NCBI GenBank assembly: GCA_051530055.1
Contig: JBMGUZ010000021.1
Span: forward strand, 1 to 38,203
Source: Neoechinorhynchus agilis
Lineage: Eukaryota > Animalia > Acanthocephala
Length of the DNA stretch: 38,203 bases
Direction: 5' to 3'
In this document: positions 11,860 through 26,058 of the stretch, one piece after another
Position numbering within the stretch: position 1 is the stretch's first letter
Layout of the letters: every line of letters starts with the position of its first letter
The notes under the pieces: model-generated
The model's input: the letters and a program-made list of their open reading frames with translations, nothing else
Databases searched by the model: none
Told to the model about the DNA's origin: nothing
Position numbers and translations under genes: made by a program

Positions 11860-13110
11860 TCTGACTGATTTCCGGTATCTTTTCTTTGATCATTTCCGCG
11901 TATTGTTAACAAATTATAAAACTTTAACAATAATTAAGAGAAAGTGTCACATCGGATTATGCAAAAGCTTAGATTTAACTCCAGTATGAAATTTTTCTTA
12001 AATTTTTAGTTCCCTCGGAGACTCGATGAGCCAATATCTTCATCGGGAATCGGTTTAGAACCGCTACTTACTGTTTGTTATTAATGGACGCTTAAGGTGC
12101 CCTTTAGAAAGTTGTTCGATTTTTGCACACTAAAGATGTTCAGGAAAGGAAACTTCTTGCAGTTTGCGTCTGACTGATTTCCGGTATCTTTTCTTTGATC
12201 ATTTCCGCGTATTGTTAACAAATTATAAAACTTTAACAATAATTAAGAGAAAGTGTCACATCGGATTATGCAAAAGCTTAGATTTAACTCCAGTATGAAA
12301 TTTTTCTTTTATTTCTAGTTCCCTCGGAGACTCAATGAGCCAATATCTTCATCGGGAATCGGTTTAGAACCGCTACTTACTGTTTGTTATTAATGGACGC
12401 TTAAGGTGCCCTTTAGAAAGTTGTTCGATTTTTGCCCACTAAAGATGTTCAGGAAAGGAAACTTCTTGCAGTTTGCGTCTGACTAATTTCCGGTATCTTT
12501 TCTTTGATCATTTCCGCGTATTGTTAACAAATTATAAAACTTTAAGAATAATTAAGAGAAAGTGTCACATCGGATTATGCAAAAGCTTAGATTTAACTCC
12601 AGTATGAAATTTTTCTTAAATTTCTAGTTCCCTCGGAGACTCGATGAGCCAATATCTTCATCGGGCATCGGTTTAGAACCGCTACTTACTGTTTGTTATT
12701 AATGGACGCTTAAGGTGCCCTTTAGAAAGTTGTTCGATTTTTGCACACTAAAGATGTTCAGGAAAGGAAACTTCTTGCAGTTTGCGTCTGACTGATTTCC
12801 GGTATCTTTTCTTTGATCATTTCCGCGTATTGTTAACAAATTATAAAACTTTAAGAATAATTAAGAGAAAGTGTCACATCGGATTATGCAAAAGCTTAGA
12901 TTTAACTCCAGTATGAAATTTTTCTTTTATTTCTAGTTCCCTCGGAGACTCAATGAGCCAATATCTTCATCGGGAATCGGTTTAGAACCGCTACTTACTG
13001 TTTGTTATTAATGGACGCTTAAGGTGCCCTTTAGAAAGTTGTTCGATTTTTGCCCACTAAAGATGTTCAGCAAAGGAAACTTCTTGCAGTTTGCGTCTGA
13101 CTAATTTCCG
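11860..13110 (+). repeat. Local 618-bp (2-monomer) tandem duplication
   Basis: cttaaattt at 11997/12615, gcacac at 12125/12743 and gactaattt at 12481/13099 are all exactly 618 bp apart. Confidence 0.85.
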
Positions 13111-14470
13111 GTATTTGTTCTTTGATCTTTTCCGCGTATTGTTAAAAAATTATAAAACTTTAAGAATAATTAAGAGAAAGTGTCACATCCGATTATGCAA
13201 AAGCTTAGATTTAACTCCAGTATGAAATTTTTCTTAAATTTCTAGTTCCCTCGGAGACTCAATGAGCCAATATCTTCATCGGGCATCGGTTTAGAACCGC
13301 TAGTTACTGTTTGTTTGTTATTTACGCTTTAGGTGCCCTTTAGAAAGTTGTTCGATTTTTGCCCACTGAAGATGTTCAGCAAAGGAAACTTCTTGCAGTT
13401 TGCGTCTAACCGATTTAAGGTATTTGTTCTTTGGTCTTTTCCGCCTATTATTAACAAATTAATAAACTCTAAGAATAATTAAGAGAAAGTGTCACATCCG
13501 ATTATGCAAAAGCTTAGATTTAACTCCAGTATGAAATTTTTCTTAAATTTCTAGTTCCCTCGGAGACTCAATGAGCCAATATCTTCATCGGGCATCGGTT
13601 TAGAACCGCTACTTACTGTTTGTTAGTTATTTACGCTTAAGGTGCCCTTTAGAAAGCTGTTCGATTTTTGAACACTAAAGATGTTCAGGAAAGGAAACTT
13701 CTTGCAGTTTGCGTCTTACTTATTTCCGGTATCTTTTCTTTGATCTTTTCCGCGTATTGTTAACAAATTATAAAACTTTAGGAATAATTAAGAGAAAGTG
13801 TCACATCGGATTATGCAAAAGCTTGGATTTAACTCCATTATTAAATTTTTCTTTAATTTCTAGTTCCCTCGGTGACTCAATGAGCCAATATCTTCATCGG
13901 GCATCGGTTTAGAACCGCTACTTACTGTTTGTTAGTTATTTACGCTTTAGGTGCCCTTTAGAAAGTTGTTCGATTTTTGCCCACTTAAGATGTTCAGCAA
14001 AGGAAACTTCTTGCAGTTTGCGTCTGACTGATTTAAGGTATTTGTTCTTTGATCTTTTCCGCGTATTATTAACAAATTATAAAACTTTAAGAATAATTAA
14101 GAGAAAGTGTCACATCGGATTATGCAAAAGCTTAGATTTAACTCCAGTATGAAATTTTTCTTTAATTTCTAGTTCCCTCGGAGACTCAATGAGCCAATAT
14201 CTTCATCGGGCATCGGTTTAGAACCGCTACTTACTGTTTGTTAGTAATGAACGCTTTAGGTGCCCTTTAGAAAGTTGTTCGATTTTTGCCCACTTAAGAT
14301 GTTCAGCAAAGGAAACTTCTTGCAGTTTGCGTCTGACTGATTTCCGGTATTTTTTTTTGATCTTTTCCGCGTATTGTTAACAAATTATAAAACTTTAAGA
14401 ATAATTAAGAGAAAGTGTCACATCGGATTATGCAAAAGCTTAGATTTAACTCCATTATTACTTTAATTTC
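13100..14470 (+). repeat. Transition zone of unusually divergent monomers
   Basis: Private variants gttaaaaaat, cacatccga (twice, 309 bp apart), ttggtctttt, ccgcctat, gaaagctgtt and ggtgactc, and a 7-bp deletion at ~14460. Confidence 0.75.
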
Positions 14471-17400
14471 TAGTTCCCTCGGAGACTCAATGAGCCAATA
14501 TCTTAATCGGGCATCGGTTTAGAACTGCCACTTACTGTTTGTTAGTAATGAACGCTTTAGGTGCCCTTTAGAAAGTTGTTCGATTTTTGCCCACTTAAGA
14601 TGTTCAGAAAAATAAACTTCTTGCAGTTTGCGTCTGACTGATTTCCGGTATTTTTTATTTGATCTTTTCCGCGTATTGTTAACAAATTATAAAACTTTAG
14701 GAGTAATTAAGAGAAAGTGTCACATCGGATTATGCAAAAGCTTGGATTTAACTCCGATATTAAATTTTTCTTTAATTTCTAGTTCCCTCGGAGACTCAAT
14801 GAGTCGATATCTTCATCGGGCATCGGTTTAGAACCGCTACTTACTGTTTGTTAGTAATGAACGCTTTAGGTGCCCTTTAGAAAGTTGTTCGATTTTTGCC
14901 CACTAAAGATGTTCAGCAAAGGAAACTTCTTGCAGTTTGCGTCTAACTGATTTCCGCTATTTTTTATTTGATCTTTTCCGCGCATTGTTAACAAATTATA
15001 AAACTCTAAGAATAATTAAGAGAAAGTGTCACATCGGATTATGCAAAAGCTTGGATATAACTCCATTATTAAATTTTTCTTTAATTTCTAGTTCCCTCGG
15101 AGACTCAATGAGCCAATATCTTCATCGGGCATCGGTTTAGAACCGCTACTTACTGTTTGTTAGTAATGAACGCTTTAGGTGCCCTTTAGAAAGTTGTTCG
15201 ATTTTTGCCCACTGAAGATGTTCAGCAAAGGAAACTTCTTGCAGTTTGCGTCTAACTGATTTCCGGTATTTTTTATTTGATCTTTTCCGCGTATTGTTAA
15301 CAAATTATAAAACTTTAGGAGTAATTAAGAGTAAGTGTCACATCGGATTATGCAAAAGCTTAGATTTAACTCCAGAATTAAATTTTTCTTTAATTTCTAG
15401 TTCCCTCGGAGACTCAATGAGCCAATATCTTCATCGGGCATCGGTTTAGAACCGCTACTTACTGTTTGTTAGTAATGAACGCTTTAGGTGCCCTTTAGAA
15501 AGTTGTTCGATTTTTGCCCACTAAAGATGTTCAGCAAAGGAAACTTCTTGCAGTTTGCGTCTAACTGATTTCCGGTATTTTTTATTTGATCTTTTCCGCG
15601 TATTGTTAACAAATTATAAAACTCTAAGAATAATTAAGAGAAAGTGTCACATCGGATTATGCAAAAGCTTGGATTTAACTCCATTATTAAATTTTTCTTT
15701 AATTTCTAGTTCCCTCGGAGACTCAATGAGCCAATATCTTCATCGGGCATCGGTTTAGAACCGCTACTTACTGTTTGTTAGTAATGAACGCTTTAGGTGC
15801 CCTTTAGAAAGTTGTTCGATTTTTGCCCACTGAAGATGTTCAGAAAGGAAACTTCTTGCAGTTTGCGTCTAACTGATTTCCGGTATTTTTTATTTGATCA
15901 TTTCCGCGTATTGTTAACAAATTATAAAACTTTAAGAATAATTAAGAGAAAGTGTCACATCGGATTATGCAAAAGCTTAGATTTAACTCCAGTATTAAAT
16001 TTTTCTTTAATTTCTAGTTCCCTCGGAGACTCAATGAGCCAATATCTTCATCGGGCATCGGTTTAGAACCGCTACTTACTGTTTGTTAGTAATGAACGCT
16101 TTAGGTGCCCTTTAGAAAGTTGTTCGATTTTTGCCCACTGAAGATGTTCAGGAAAGGAAACTTCTTGCAGTTTGCGTCTAACTGATTTCCGGTATTTTTT
16201 ATTTGATCATTTCCGCGTATTGTTAACAAATTATAAAACTTTAAGAATAATTAAGAGAAAGTGTCACATCGGATTATGCAAAAGCTTAGATTTAACTCCA
16301 GTATTAAATTTTTCTTTAATTTCTAGTTCCCTCGGAGACTCAATGAGCCAATATCTTAATCGGGCATCGGTTTAGAACCGCTACTTACTGTTTGTTAGTA
16401 ATGAACGCTTTAGGTGCCCTTTAGAAAGTTGTTCGATTTTTGCCCACTAAAGATGTTCAGGAAAGGAAACTTCTTGCAGTTTGCGTCTAACTGATTTCCG
16501 GTATTTTTTATTTGATCTTTTCCGCGCATTGTTAACAAATTATAAAACTCTAAGAATAATTAAGAGAAAGTGTCACATCGGATTATGCAAAAGCTTGGAT
16601 ATAACTCCATTATTAAATTTTTCTTTAATTTCTAGTTCCCTCGGAGACTCAATGAGTCGATATCTTCATCGGGCATCGGTTTAGAACCGCTACTTACTGT
16701 TTGTTAGTAATGAACGCTTTAGGTGCCCTTTAGAAAGTTGTTCGATTTTTGCCCACTGAAGATGTTCAGCAAAGGAAACTTCTTGCAGTTTGCGTCTGAC
16801 TGATTTCCGGTATTTTTTATTTGATCTTTTCCGCGTATTGTTAACAAATTATAAAACTTTAGGAATAATTAAGAGAAAGTGTCACATCGGATTATGCAAA
16901 AGCTTAGATTTAACTCCAGTATTAAATTTTTCTTTAATTTCTAGTTCCCTCGGAGACTCAATGAGCCAATATCTTCATCGGGCATCGGTTTAGAACCGCT
17001 ACTTACTGTTTGTTAGTAATGAACGCTTTAGGTGCCCTTTAGAAAGTTGTTCGATTTTTGCCCACTGAAGATGTTCAGCAAAGGAAACTTCTTGCAGTTT
17101 GCGTCTAACTGATTTCCGGTATTTTTTCTTTGATCTTTTCCGCGTATTGTTAACAAATTATAAAACTTTAAGAATAATTAAGAGAAAGTGTCACATCGGA
17201 TTATGCAAAAGCTTAGATTTAACTCCAGTATTAAATTTTTCTTTAATTTCTAGTTCCCTCGGAGACTCAATGAGCCAATATCTTCATCGGGCATCGGTTT
17301 AGAACCGCTACTTACTGTTTGTTAGTAATGAACGCTTTAGGTGCCCTTTAGAAAGTTGTTCGATTTTTGCCCACTAAAGATGTTCAGGAAAACTTCTTGC

Positions 17401-17984
17401 AGTTTGCGTCTAACTGATTTCCGGTATTTTTATTTGATCTTTTCCGCGTATTGTTAACAAATTATAAAACTCTAAGAATAATTAAGAGAAAGTGTCACAT
17501 CGGATTATGCAAAAGCTTAGATTTAACTCCAGAATTAAATTTTTCTTTAATTTCTAGTTCCCTCGGAGACTCAATGAGCCAATATCTTCATCGGGCATCG
17601 GTTTAGAACCGCTACTTACTGTTTGTTAGTAATGAACGCTTTAGGTGCCCTTTAGAAAGTTGTTCGATTTTTGCCCACTGAAGATGTTCAGGAAAGGAAA
17701 CTTCTTGCAGTTTGCGTCTGACTGATTTCCGGTATTTTTTATTTGATCATTTCCGCGTATTGTTAACAAATTATAAAACTTTAAGAATAATTAAGAGAAA
17801 GTGTCACATCGGATTATGCAAAAGCTTAGATTTAACTCCAGTATTAAATTTTTCTTTAATTTCTAGTTCCCTCGGAGACTCAATGAGCCAATATCTTCAT
17901 CGGGCATCGGTTTAGAACCGCTACTTACTGTTTGTTAGTAATGAACGCTTTAGGTGCCCTTTAGAAAGTTGTTCGATTTTTGCA

Positions 17985-19870
17985 CACTAAAGATGTTCAG
18001 GAAAGGAAACTTCTTGCAGTTTGCGTCTGACTGATTTCCGGTATCTTTTCTTTGATCATTTCCGCGTATTGTTAACAAATTATAAAACTTTAAGAATAAT
18101 TAAGAGAAAGTGTCACATCGGATTATGCAAAAGCTTAGATTTAACTCCAGTATGAAATTTTTCTTTAATTTCTAGTTCCCTCGGAGACTCAATGAGCCAA
18201 TATCTTCATCGGGCATCGGTTTAGAACCGCTACTTACTGTTTGTTAGTAATGAACGCTTTAGGTGCCCTTTAGAAAGTTGTTCGATTTTTGCCCACTAAA
18301 GATGTTCAGGAAAGGAAACTTCTTGCAGTTTGCGTCTGACTGATTTCCGGTATCTTTTCTTTGATCATTTCCGCGTATTGTTAACAAATTATAAAACTTT
18401 AAGAATAATTAAGAGAAAGTGTCACATCGGATTATGCAAAAGCTTAGATTTAACTCCATTATTAAATTTTTCTTTAATTTCTAGTTCCCTCGGAGACTCA
18501 ATGAGCCAATATCTTCATCGGGCATCGGTTTAGAACCGCTACTTACTGTTTGTTAGTAATGAACGCTTTAGGTGCCCTTTAGAAAGTTGTTCGATTTTTG
18601 CCCACTGAAGATGTTCAGGAAAGGAAACTTCTTGCAGTTTGCGTCTGACTGATTTCCGGTATCTTTTCTTTGATCATTTCCGCGTATTGTTAACAAATTA
18701 TAAAACTTTAAGAATAATTAAGAGAAAGTGTCACATCGGATTATGCAAAAGCTTAGATTTTACTCCATTATTAAATTTTTCTTTAATTTCTAGTTCCCTC
18801 GGAGACTCAATGAGCCAATATCTTCATCGGGCATCGGTTTAGAACCGCTACTTACTGCTTGTTATTAATGAAAGCTTAAGGTGCCCTTTAGAAAGTTGTT
18901 CGATTTTTGCCCACTGAAGATGTTCAGCAAAGGAAACTTCTTGCAGTTTGCGTCTAACTGATTTAAGGTATTTGTTATTTGATCTTTTCCGCGTATTATT
19001 AACAAATTATAAAACTCTAAGAATAATTAAGAGAAAGTGTCACATCGGATTATGCAAAAGCTTGGATTTTACTCCATTATTAAATTTTTCTTTAATTTCT
19101 AGTTCCCTCGGAGACTCAATGAGCCAATATCTTAATCGGGCATCGGTTTAGAACCGCTACTTACTGTTTGTTAGTAATGAACGCTTTAGGTGCCCTTTAG
19201 AAAGTTGTTCGATTTTTGCCCACTTAAGATGTTCAGGAAAATAAACTTCTTGCAGTTTGCGTCTGACTGATTTCCGGTATTTTTTATTTGATCTTTTCCG
19301 CGTATTGTTAACAAATTATAAAACTTTAAGAATAATTAAGAGAAAGTGTCACATCGGATTATGCAAAAGCTTAGATTTAACTCCATTATTAATTTTTTCT
19401 TTAATTTCTAGTTCCCTCGGAGACTCAATGAGCCAATATCTTAATCGGGCATCGGTTTAGAACTGCCACTTACTGTTTGTTAGTAATGAACGCTTTAGGT
19501 GCCCTTTAGAAAGTTGTTCGATTTTTGCCCACTTAAGATGTTCAGGAAAATAAACTTCTTGCAGTTTGCGTCTGACTGATTTCCGGTATTTTTTATTTGA
19601 TCTTTTCCGCGTATTGTTAACAAATTATAAAACTTTAGGAATAATTAAGAGAAAGTGTCACATCGGATTATGCAAAAGCTTGGATTTAACTCCGATATTA
19701 AATTTTTCTTTAATTTCTAGTTCCCTCGGAGGCTCAATGAGTCGATATCTTCATCGGGCATCGGTTTAGAACCGCTACTTACTGTTTGTTAGTAATGAAC
19801 GCTTTAGGTGCCCTTTAGAAAGTTGTTCGATTTTTGCCCACTGAAGATGTTCAGGAAAATAAACTTCTTG
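17985..19870 (+). repeat. Cassette copy B (six monomers, closer to consensus)
   Basis: Has gcacac, aaagcttaagg, gatttaagg, aactgccac, aaaataaac, ccgatatt and ggaggctc in cassette order. Lacks gctcactg, aacagtt, ccctggg, gcatctgtt and gcccgc. Confidence 0.8.
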
Positions 19871-22800
19871 CAGTTTGCGTCTGACTGATTTCCGGTATTT
19901 TTTATTTGATCTTTTCCGCGTATTGTTAACAAATTATAAAACTTTAAGAATAATTAAGAGAAAGTGTCACATCGGATTATGCAAAAGCTTAGATTTAACT
20001 CCATTATTAAATTTTTCTTTAATTTCTAGTTCCCTCGGAGACTCAATGAGCCAATATCTTCATCGGGCATCGGTTTAGAACCGCTACTTACTGTTTGTTA
20101 GTAATGAACGCTTTAGGTGCCCTTTAGAAAGTTGTTCGATTTTTGCCCACTGAAGATGTTCAGCAAAGGAAACTTCTTGCAGTTTGCGTCTAACTGATTT
20201 CCGGTATTTTTTCTTTGATCTTTTCCGCGTATTATTAACAAATTATAAAACTCTAAGAATAATTAAGAGAAAGTGTCACATCGGATTATGCAAAAGCTTG
20301 GATTTAACTCCATTATGAAATTTTTCTTTAATTTCTAGTTCCCTCGGAGACTCAATGAGTCGATATCTTCATCGGGCATCGGTTTAGAACCGCTACTTAC
20401 TGTTTGTTAGTAATGGACGCTTTAGGTGCCCTTTAGAAAGTTGTTCGATTTTTGCCCACTGAAGATGTTCAGCAAAGGAAACTTCTTGCAGTTTGCGTCT
20501 AACTGATTTCCGGTATTTTTTATTTGATCTTTTCCGCGTATTGTTAACAAATTATAAAACTTTAGGAGTAATTAAGAGTAAGTGTCACATCGGATTATGC
20601 AAAAGCTTAGATTTAACTCCAGAATTAAATTTTTCTTTAATTTCTAGTTCCCTCGGAGACTCAATGAGCCAATATCTTAATCGGGCATCGGTTTAGAACC
20701 GCTACTTACTGTTTGTTAGTTATTTACGCTTTAGGTGCCCTTTAGAAAGTTGTTCGATTTTTGCCCACTGAAGATGTTCAGCAAAGGAAACTTCTTGCAG
20801 TTTGCGTCTAACTGATTTCCGCTATTTTTTATTTGATCTTTTCCGCGCATTGTTAACAAATTATAAAACTCTAAGAATAATTAAGAGAAAGTGTCACATC
20901 GGATTATGCAAAAGCTTGGATATAACTCCATTATTAAATTTTTCTTTAATTTCTAGTTCCCTCGGAGACTCAATGAGCCAATATCTTCATCGGGCATCGG
21001 TTTAGAACCGCTACTTACTGTTTGTTAGTAATGAACGCTTTAGGTGCCCTTTAGAAAGTTGTTCGATTTTTGCCCACTAAAGATGTTCAGGAAAGGAAAC
21101 TTCTTGCAGTTTGCGTCTGACTGATTTCCGGTATTTGTTCTTTGATCTTTTCCGCGTATTGTTAACAAATTATAAAACTTTAAGAATAATTAAGAGAAAG
21201 TGTCACATCGGATTATGCAAAAGCTTAGATTTAACTCCAGAATTAAATTTTTCTTTAATTTCTAGTTCCCTCGGAGACTCAATGAGTCAATATCTTCATC
21301 GGGCATCGGTTTAGAACCGCTACTTACTGTTTGTTAGTAATGAACGCTTTAGATGCCCTTTAGAAAGTTGTTCGATTTTTGCCCACTGAAGATGTTCAGG
21401 AAAATAAACTTCTTGCAGTTTGCGTCTGACTGATTTCCGGTATTTTTTATTTGATCATTTCCGCGTATTGTTAACAAATTATAAAACTTTAAGAATAATT
21501 AAGAGAAAATGTCACATCGGATTATGAAAAAGCTTAGATTTAACTCCATTATTAAATTTTTCTTTAATTTCTAGTTCCCTCGGAGACTCAATGAGCCAAT
21601 ATCGTCATCGGGCTTCGGTTTAGAACCGCTACTTACTGTTTGTTAGTTATTTACGCTTTAGGTGCCCTTTAGAAAGTTGTTCGATTTTTGCCCACTGAAG
21701 ATGTTCAGCAAAGGAAACTTCTTGCAGTTTGCGTCTAACTGATTTCCGGTATTTGTTCTTTGATCTTTTCCGCGTATTATTAACAAATTATAAAACTCTA
21801 AGAATAATTAAGAGAAAGTGTCACATCGGATTATGCAAAAGCTTGGATTTAACTCCATTATTAAATTTTTCTTTAATTTCTAGTTCCCTCGGAGACTCAA
21901 TGAGCCAATATCTTCATCGGGCATCGGTTTAGAACCGCTACTTACTGTTTGTTAGTAATGAACGCTTTAGGTGCCCTTTAGAAAGTTGTTCGATTTTTGC
22001 CCACTGAAGATGTTCAGCAAAGGAAACTTCTTGCAGTTTGCGTCTAACTGATTTCCGGTATTTTTTATTTGATCTTTTCCGCGTATTGTTAACAAATTAT
22101 AAAACTTTAGGAGTAATTAAGAGTAAGTGTCACATCGGATTATGCAAAAGCTTAGATTTAACTCCAGAATTAAATTTTTCTTTAATTTCTAGTTCCCTCG
22201 GAGACTCAATGAGCCAATATCTTCATCGGGCATCGGTTTAGAACCGCTACTTACTGTTTGTTAGTTATTTACGCTTTAGGTGCCCTTTAGAAAGTTGTTC
22301 GATTTTTGCCCACTGAAGATGTTCAGCAAAGGAAACTTCTTGCAGTTTGCGTCTAACTGATTTCCGCTATTTTTTATTTGATCTTTTCCGCGCATTGTTA
22401 ACAAATTATAAAACTCTAAGAATAATTAAGAGAAAGTGTCACATCGGATTATGCAAAAGCTTAGATTTAACTCCAGAATTAAATTTTTCTTTAATTTCTA
22501 GTTCCCTCGGAGACTCAATGAGCCAATATCTTCATCGGGCATCGGTTTAGAACCGCTACTTACTGTTTGTTAGTAATGAACGCTTTAGGTGCCCTTTAGA
22601 AAGTTGTTCGATTTTTGCCCACTGAAGATGTTCAGCAAAGGAAACTTCTTGCAGTTTGCGTCTAACTGATTTCCGGTATTTTTTCTTTGATCTTTTCCGC
22701 GTATTGTTAACAAATTATAAAACTCTAAGAATAATTAAGAGAAAGTGTCACATCGGATTATGCAAAAGCTTAGATTTAACTCCAGTATTAAATTTTTCTT

Positions 22801-24462
22801 TAATTTCTAGTTCCCTCGGAGACTCAATGAGCCAATATCTTCATCGGGCATCGGTTTAGAACCGCTACTTACTGCTTGTTATTAATGAACGCTTAAGGTG
22901 CCCTTTAGAAAGTTGTTCGATTTTTGAACACTAAAGATGTTCAGGAAAGGAAACTTCTTGCAGTTTGCGTCTGACTGATTTCCGGTATTTTTTATTTGAT
23001 CTTTTCCGCGTATTGTTAACAAATTATAAAACTTTAGGAGTAATTAAGAGAAAGTGTCACATCGGATTATGCAAAAGCTTACATTTAACTCCAGAATTAA
23101 ATTTTTCTTTAATTTCTAGTTCCCTCGGAGACTCAATGAGCCAATATCTTAATCGGGCATCGGTTTAGAACCGCTACTTACTGTTTGTTAGTAATGAACG
23201 CTTTAGGTGCCCTTTAGAAAGTTGTTCGATTTTTGCCCACTGAAGATGTTCAGGAAAGGAAACTTCTTGCAGTTTGCGTCTGACTGATTTCCGGTATTTT
23301 TTATTTGATCTTTTCCGCGTATTGTTAACAAATTATAAAACTTTAGGAATAATTAAGAGAAAGTGTCACATCGGATTATGCAAAAGCTTGGATTTTACTC
23401 CATTATTATATTTTTCTTTAATTTCTAGTTCCCTCGGAGACTCAATGAGCCAATATCTTAATCGGGCATCGGTTTAGAACTGCCACTTACTGTTTGTTAG
23501 TAATGAACGCTTTAGGTGCCCTTTAGAAAGTTGTTCGATTTTTGCCCACTTAAGATGTTCAGGAAAATAAACTTCTTGCAGTTTGCGTCTGACTGATTTC
23601 CGGTATTTTTTATTTGATCTTTTCCGCGTATTGTTAACAAATTATAAAACTTTAGGAGTAATTAAGAGAAAGTGTCACATCGGATTATGCAAAAGCTTAG
23701 ATTTAACTCCAGAATTAAATTTTTCTTTAATTTCTAGTTCCCTCGGAGACTCAATGAGCCAATATCTTCATCGGGCATCGGTTTAGAACCGCTACTTACT
23801 GTTTGTTAGTAATTTACGCTTTAGGTGCCCTTTAGAAAGTTGTTCGATTTTTGCCCACTGAAGATGTTCAGCAAAGGAAACTTCTTGCAGTTTGCGTCTA
23901 ACTATTTCCGGTATTTTTTCTTTGATCTTTTCCGCGTATTATTAACAAATTATAAAACTCTAAGAATAATTAAGAGAAAGTGTCACATCGGATTATACAA
24001 AAGCTTAGATTTAACTCCAGAATTAAATTTTTCTTTAATTTCTAGTTCCCTCGGAGACTCAATGAGCCAATATCTTCATCGGGCATCGGTTTAGAACCGC
24101 TACTTACTGTTTGTTAGTAATGAACGCTTTAGGTGCCCTTTAGAAAGTTGTTCGATTTTTGCCCACTGAAGATGTTCAGGAAAGGAAACTTCTTGCAGTT
24201 TGCGTCTGACTGATTTCCGGTATTTTTTATTTGATCATTTCCGCGTATTGTTAACAAATTATAAAACTTTAAGAATAATTAAGAGAAAGTGTCACATCGG
24301 ATTATGCAAAAGCTTAGATTTAACTCCATTATTAAATTTTTCTTTAATTTCTAGTTCCCTCGGAGACTCAATGAGCCAATATCTTCATCGGGCATCGGTT
24401 TAGAACCGCTACTTACTGTTTGTTATTAATGAACGCTTAAGGTGCCCTTTAGAAAGTTGTTC

Positions 24463-26058
24463 GATTTTTGCACACTAAAGATGTTCAGGAAAGGAAACTT
24501 CTTGCAGTTTGCGTCTGACTGATTTCCGGTATCTTTTCTTTGATCATTTCCGCGTATTGTTAACAAATTATAAAACTTTAAGAATAATTAAGAGAAAGTG
24601 TCACATCGGATTATGCAAAAGCTTAGATTTAACTCCAGTATGAAATTTTTCTTTAATTTCTAGTTCCCTCGGAGACTCAATGAGCCAATATCTTCATCGG
24701 GCATCGGTTTAGAACCGCTACTTACTGTTTGTTATTAATGAACGCTTTAGGTGCCCTTTAGAAAGTTGTTCGATTTTTGCTCACTGAAGATGTTCAGGAA
24801 AGGAAACTTCTTGCAGTTTGCGTCTGACTGATTTCCGGTATCTTTTCTTTGATCATTTCCGCGTATTGTTAACAAATTATAAAACTTTAAGAACAGTTAA
24901 GAGAAAGTGTCACATCGGATTATGCAAAAGCTTAGATTTTGCTCCATTATTAAATTTTTCTTTAATTTCTAGTTCCCTGGGAGACTCAATGAGCCAATAT
25001 CTTCATCGGGCATCGGTTTAGAACCGCTACTTACTGCTTGTTATTAATGAAAGCTTAAGGTGCCCTTTAGAAAGTTGTTCGATTTTTGCCCACTGAAGAT
25101 GTGCAGCAAAGGAAACTTCTTGCAGTTTGCGTCTAACCGATTTAAGGTATTTGTTATTTGATCTTTTCCGCGTATTATTAACAAATTATAAAACTCTAAG
25201 AGTAATTAAGAGAAAGTGTCACATCGGATTATGCAAAAGCTTGGATTTTACTCCATTATTATATTTTTCTTTAATTTCTAGTTCCCTCGGAGACTCAATG
25301 AGCCAATATCTTAATCGGGCATCTGTTAAGAACTGCCACTTACTGTTTGTTAGTAATGAACGCTTTAGGTGCCCTTTAGAAAGTTGTTCGATTTTTGCCC
25401 GCTTAAGATGTTCAGGAAAATAAACTTCTAGCAGTTTGCGTCTGACTGATTTCCGGTATTTTTTATTTGATCTTTTCCGCGTATTGTTAACAAATTATAA
25501 AACTTTAGGAATAATTAAGAGAAAGTGTCACATCGGATTATGCAAAAGCTTAGATTTAACTCCATTATTAATTTTTTCTTTAATTTCTAGTTCCCTCGGA
25601 GACTCAATGAGCCAATATCTTAATCGGGCATCGGTTTAGAACTGCCACTTACTGTTTGTTAGTAATGAACGCTTTAGGTGCCCTTTAGAAAGTTGTTCGA
25701 TTTTTGCCCACTTAAGATGTTCAGGAAAATAAACTTCTTGCAGTTTGCGTCTGACTGATTTCCGGTATTTTTTATTTGATCTTTTCCGCGTATTGTTAAC
25801 AAATTATAAAACTTTAGGAGTAATTAAGAGAAAGTGTCACATCGGATTATGCAAAAGCTTAGATTTAACTCCGATATTAAATTTTTCTTTAATTTCTAGT
25901 TCCCTCGGAGGCTCAATGAGTCGATATCTTCATCGGGCATCGGTTTAGAACCGCTACTTACTGTTTGTTAGTAATGAACGCTTTAGGTGCCCTTTAGAAA
26001 GTTGTTCGATTTTTGCCCACTAAAGATGTTCAGCAAAGGAAACTTCTTGCAGTTTGCG
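24463..26058 (+). repeat. Five-monomer cassette, copy C
   Basis: Matches 95-1690 with about six substitutions that I could see (gatgtgcag, aagagtaatt, gttaagaac, cttctagcag, ggagtaatt, cttagat). Confidence 0.9.

Larger units (their letters stand above)
1995..13100 (+). repeat. Divergent satellite domain I (indel-rich subfamily)
   Basis: Enriched for gggaatc, ttattaatggacgcttaagg, ttaacaat, cttttattt, gactcattt, gactcgatg, caaaaatt and the 5-T allele tatttttatttg. Frequent 1-4 bp indels break the 309-bp spacing. Confidence 0.85.

Noticed and set aside
25127-25423. Longer 98-aa read-through ORF, and the monomer length being a multiple of 3
   Set aside because: It is caused by one substitution (gtttag to gttaag) in a single monomer. 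The frame still stops before the next unit, so no concatemeric protein is encoded.
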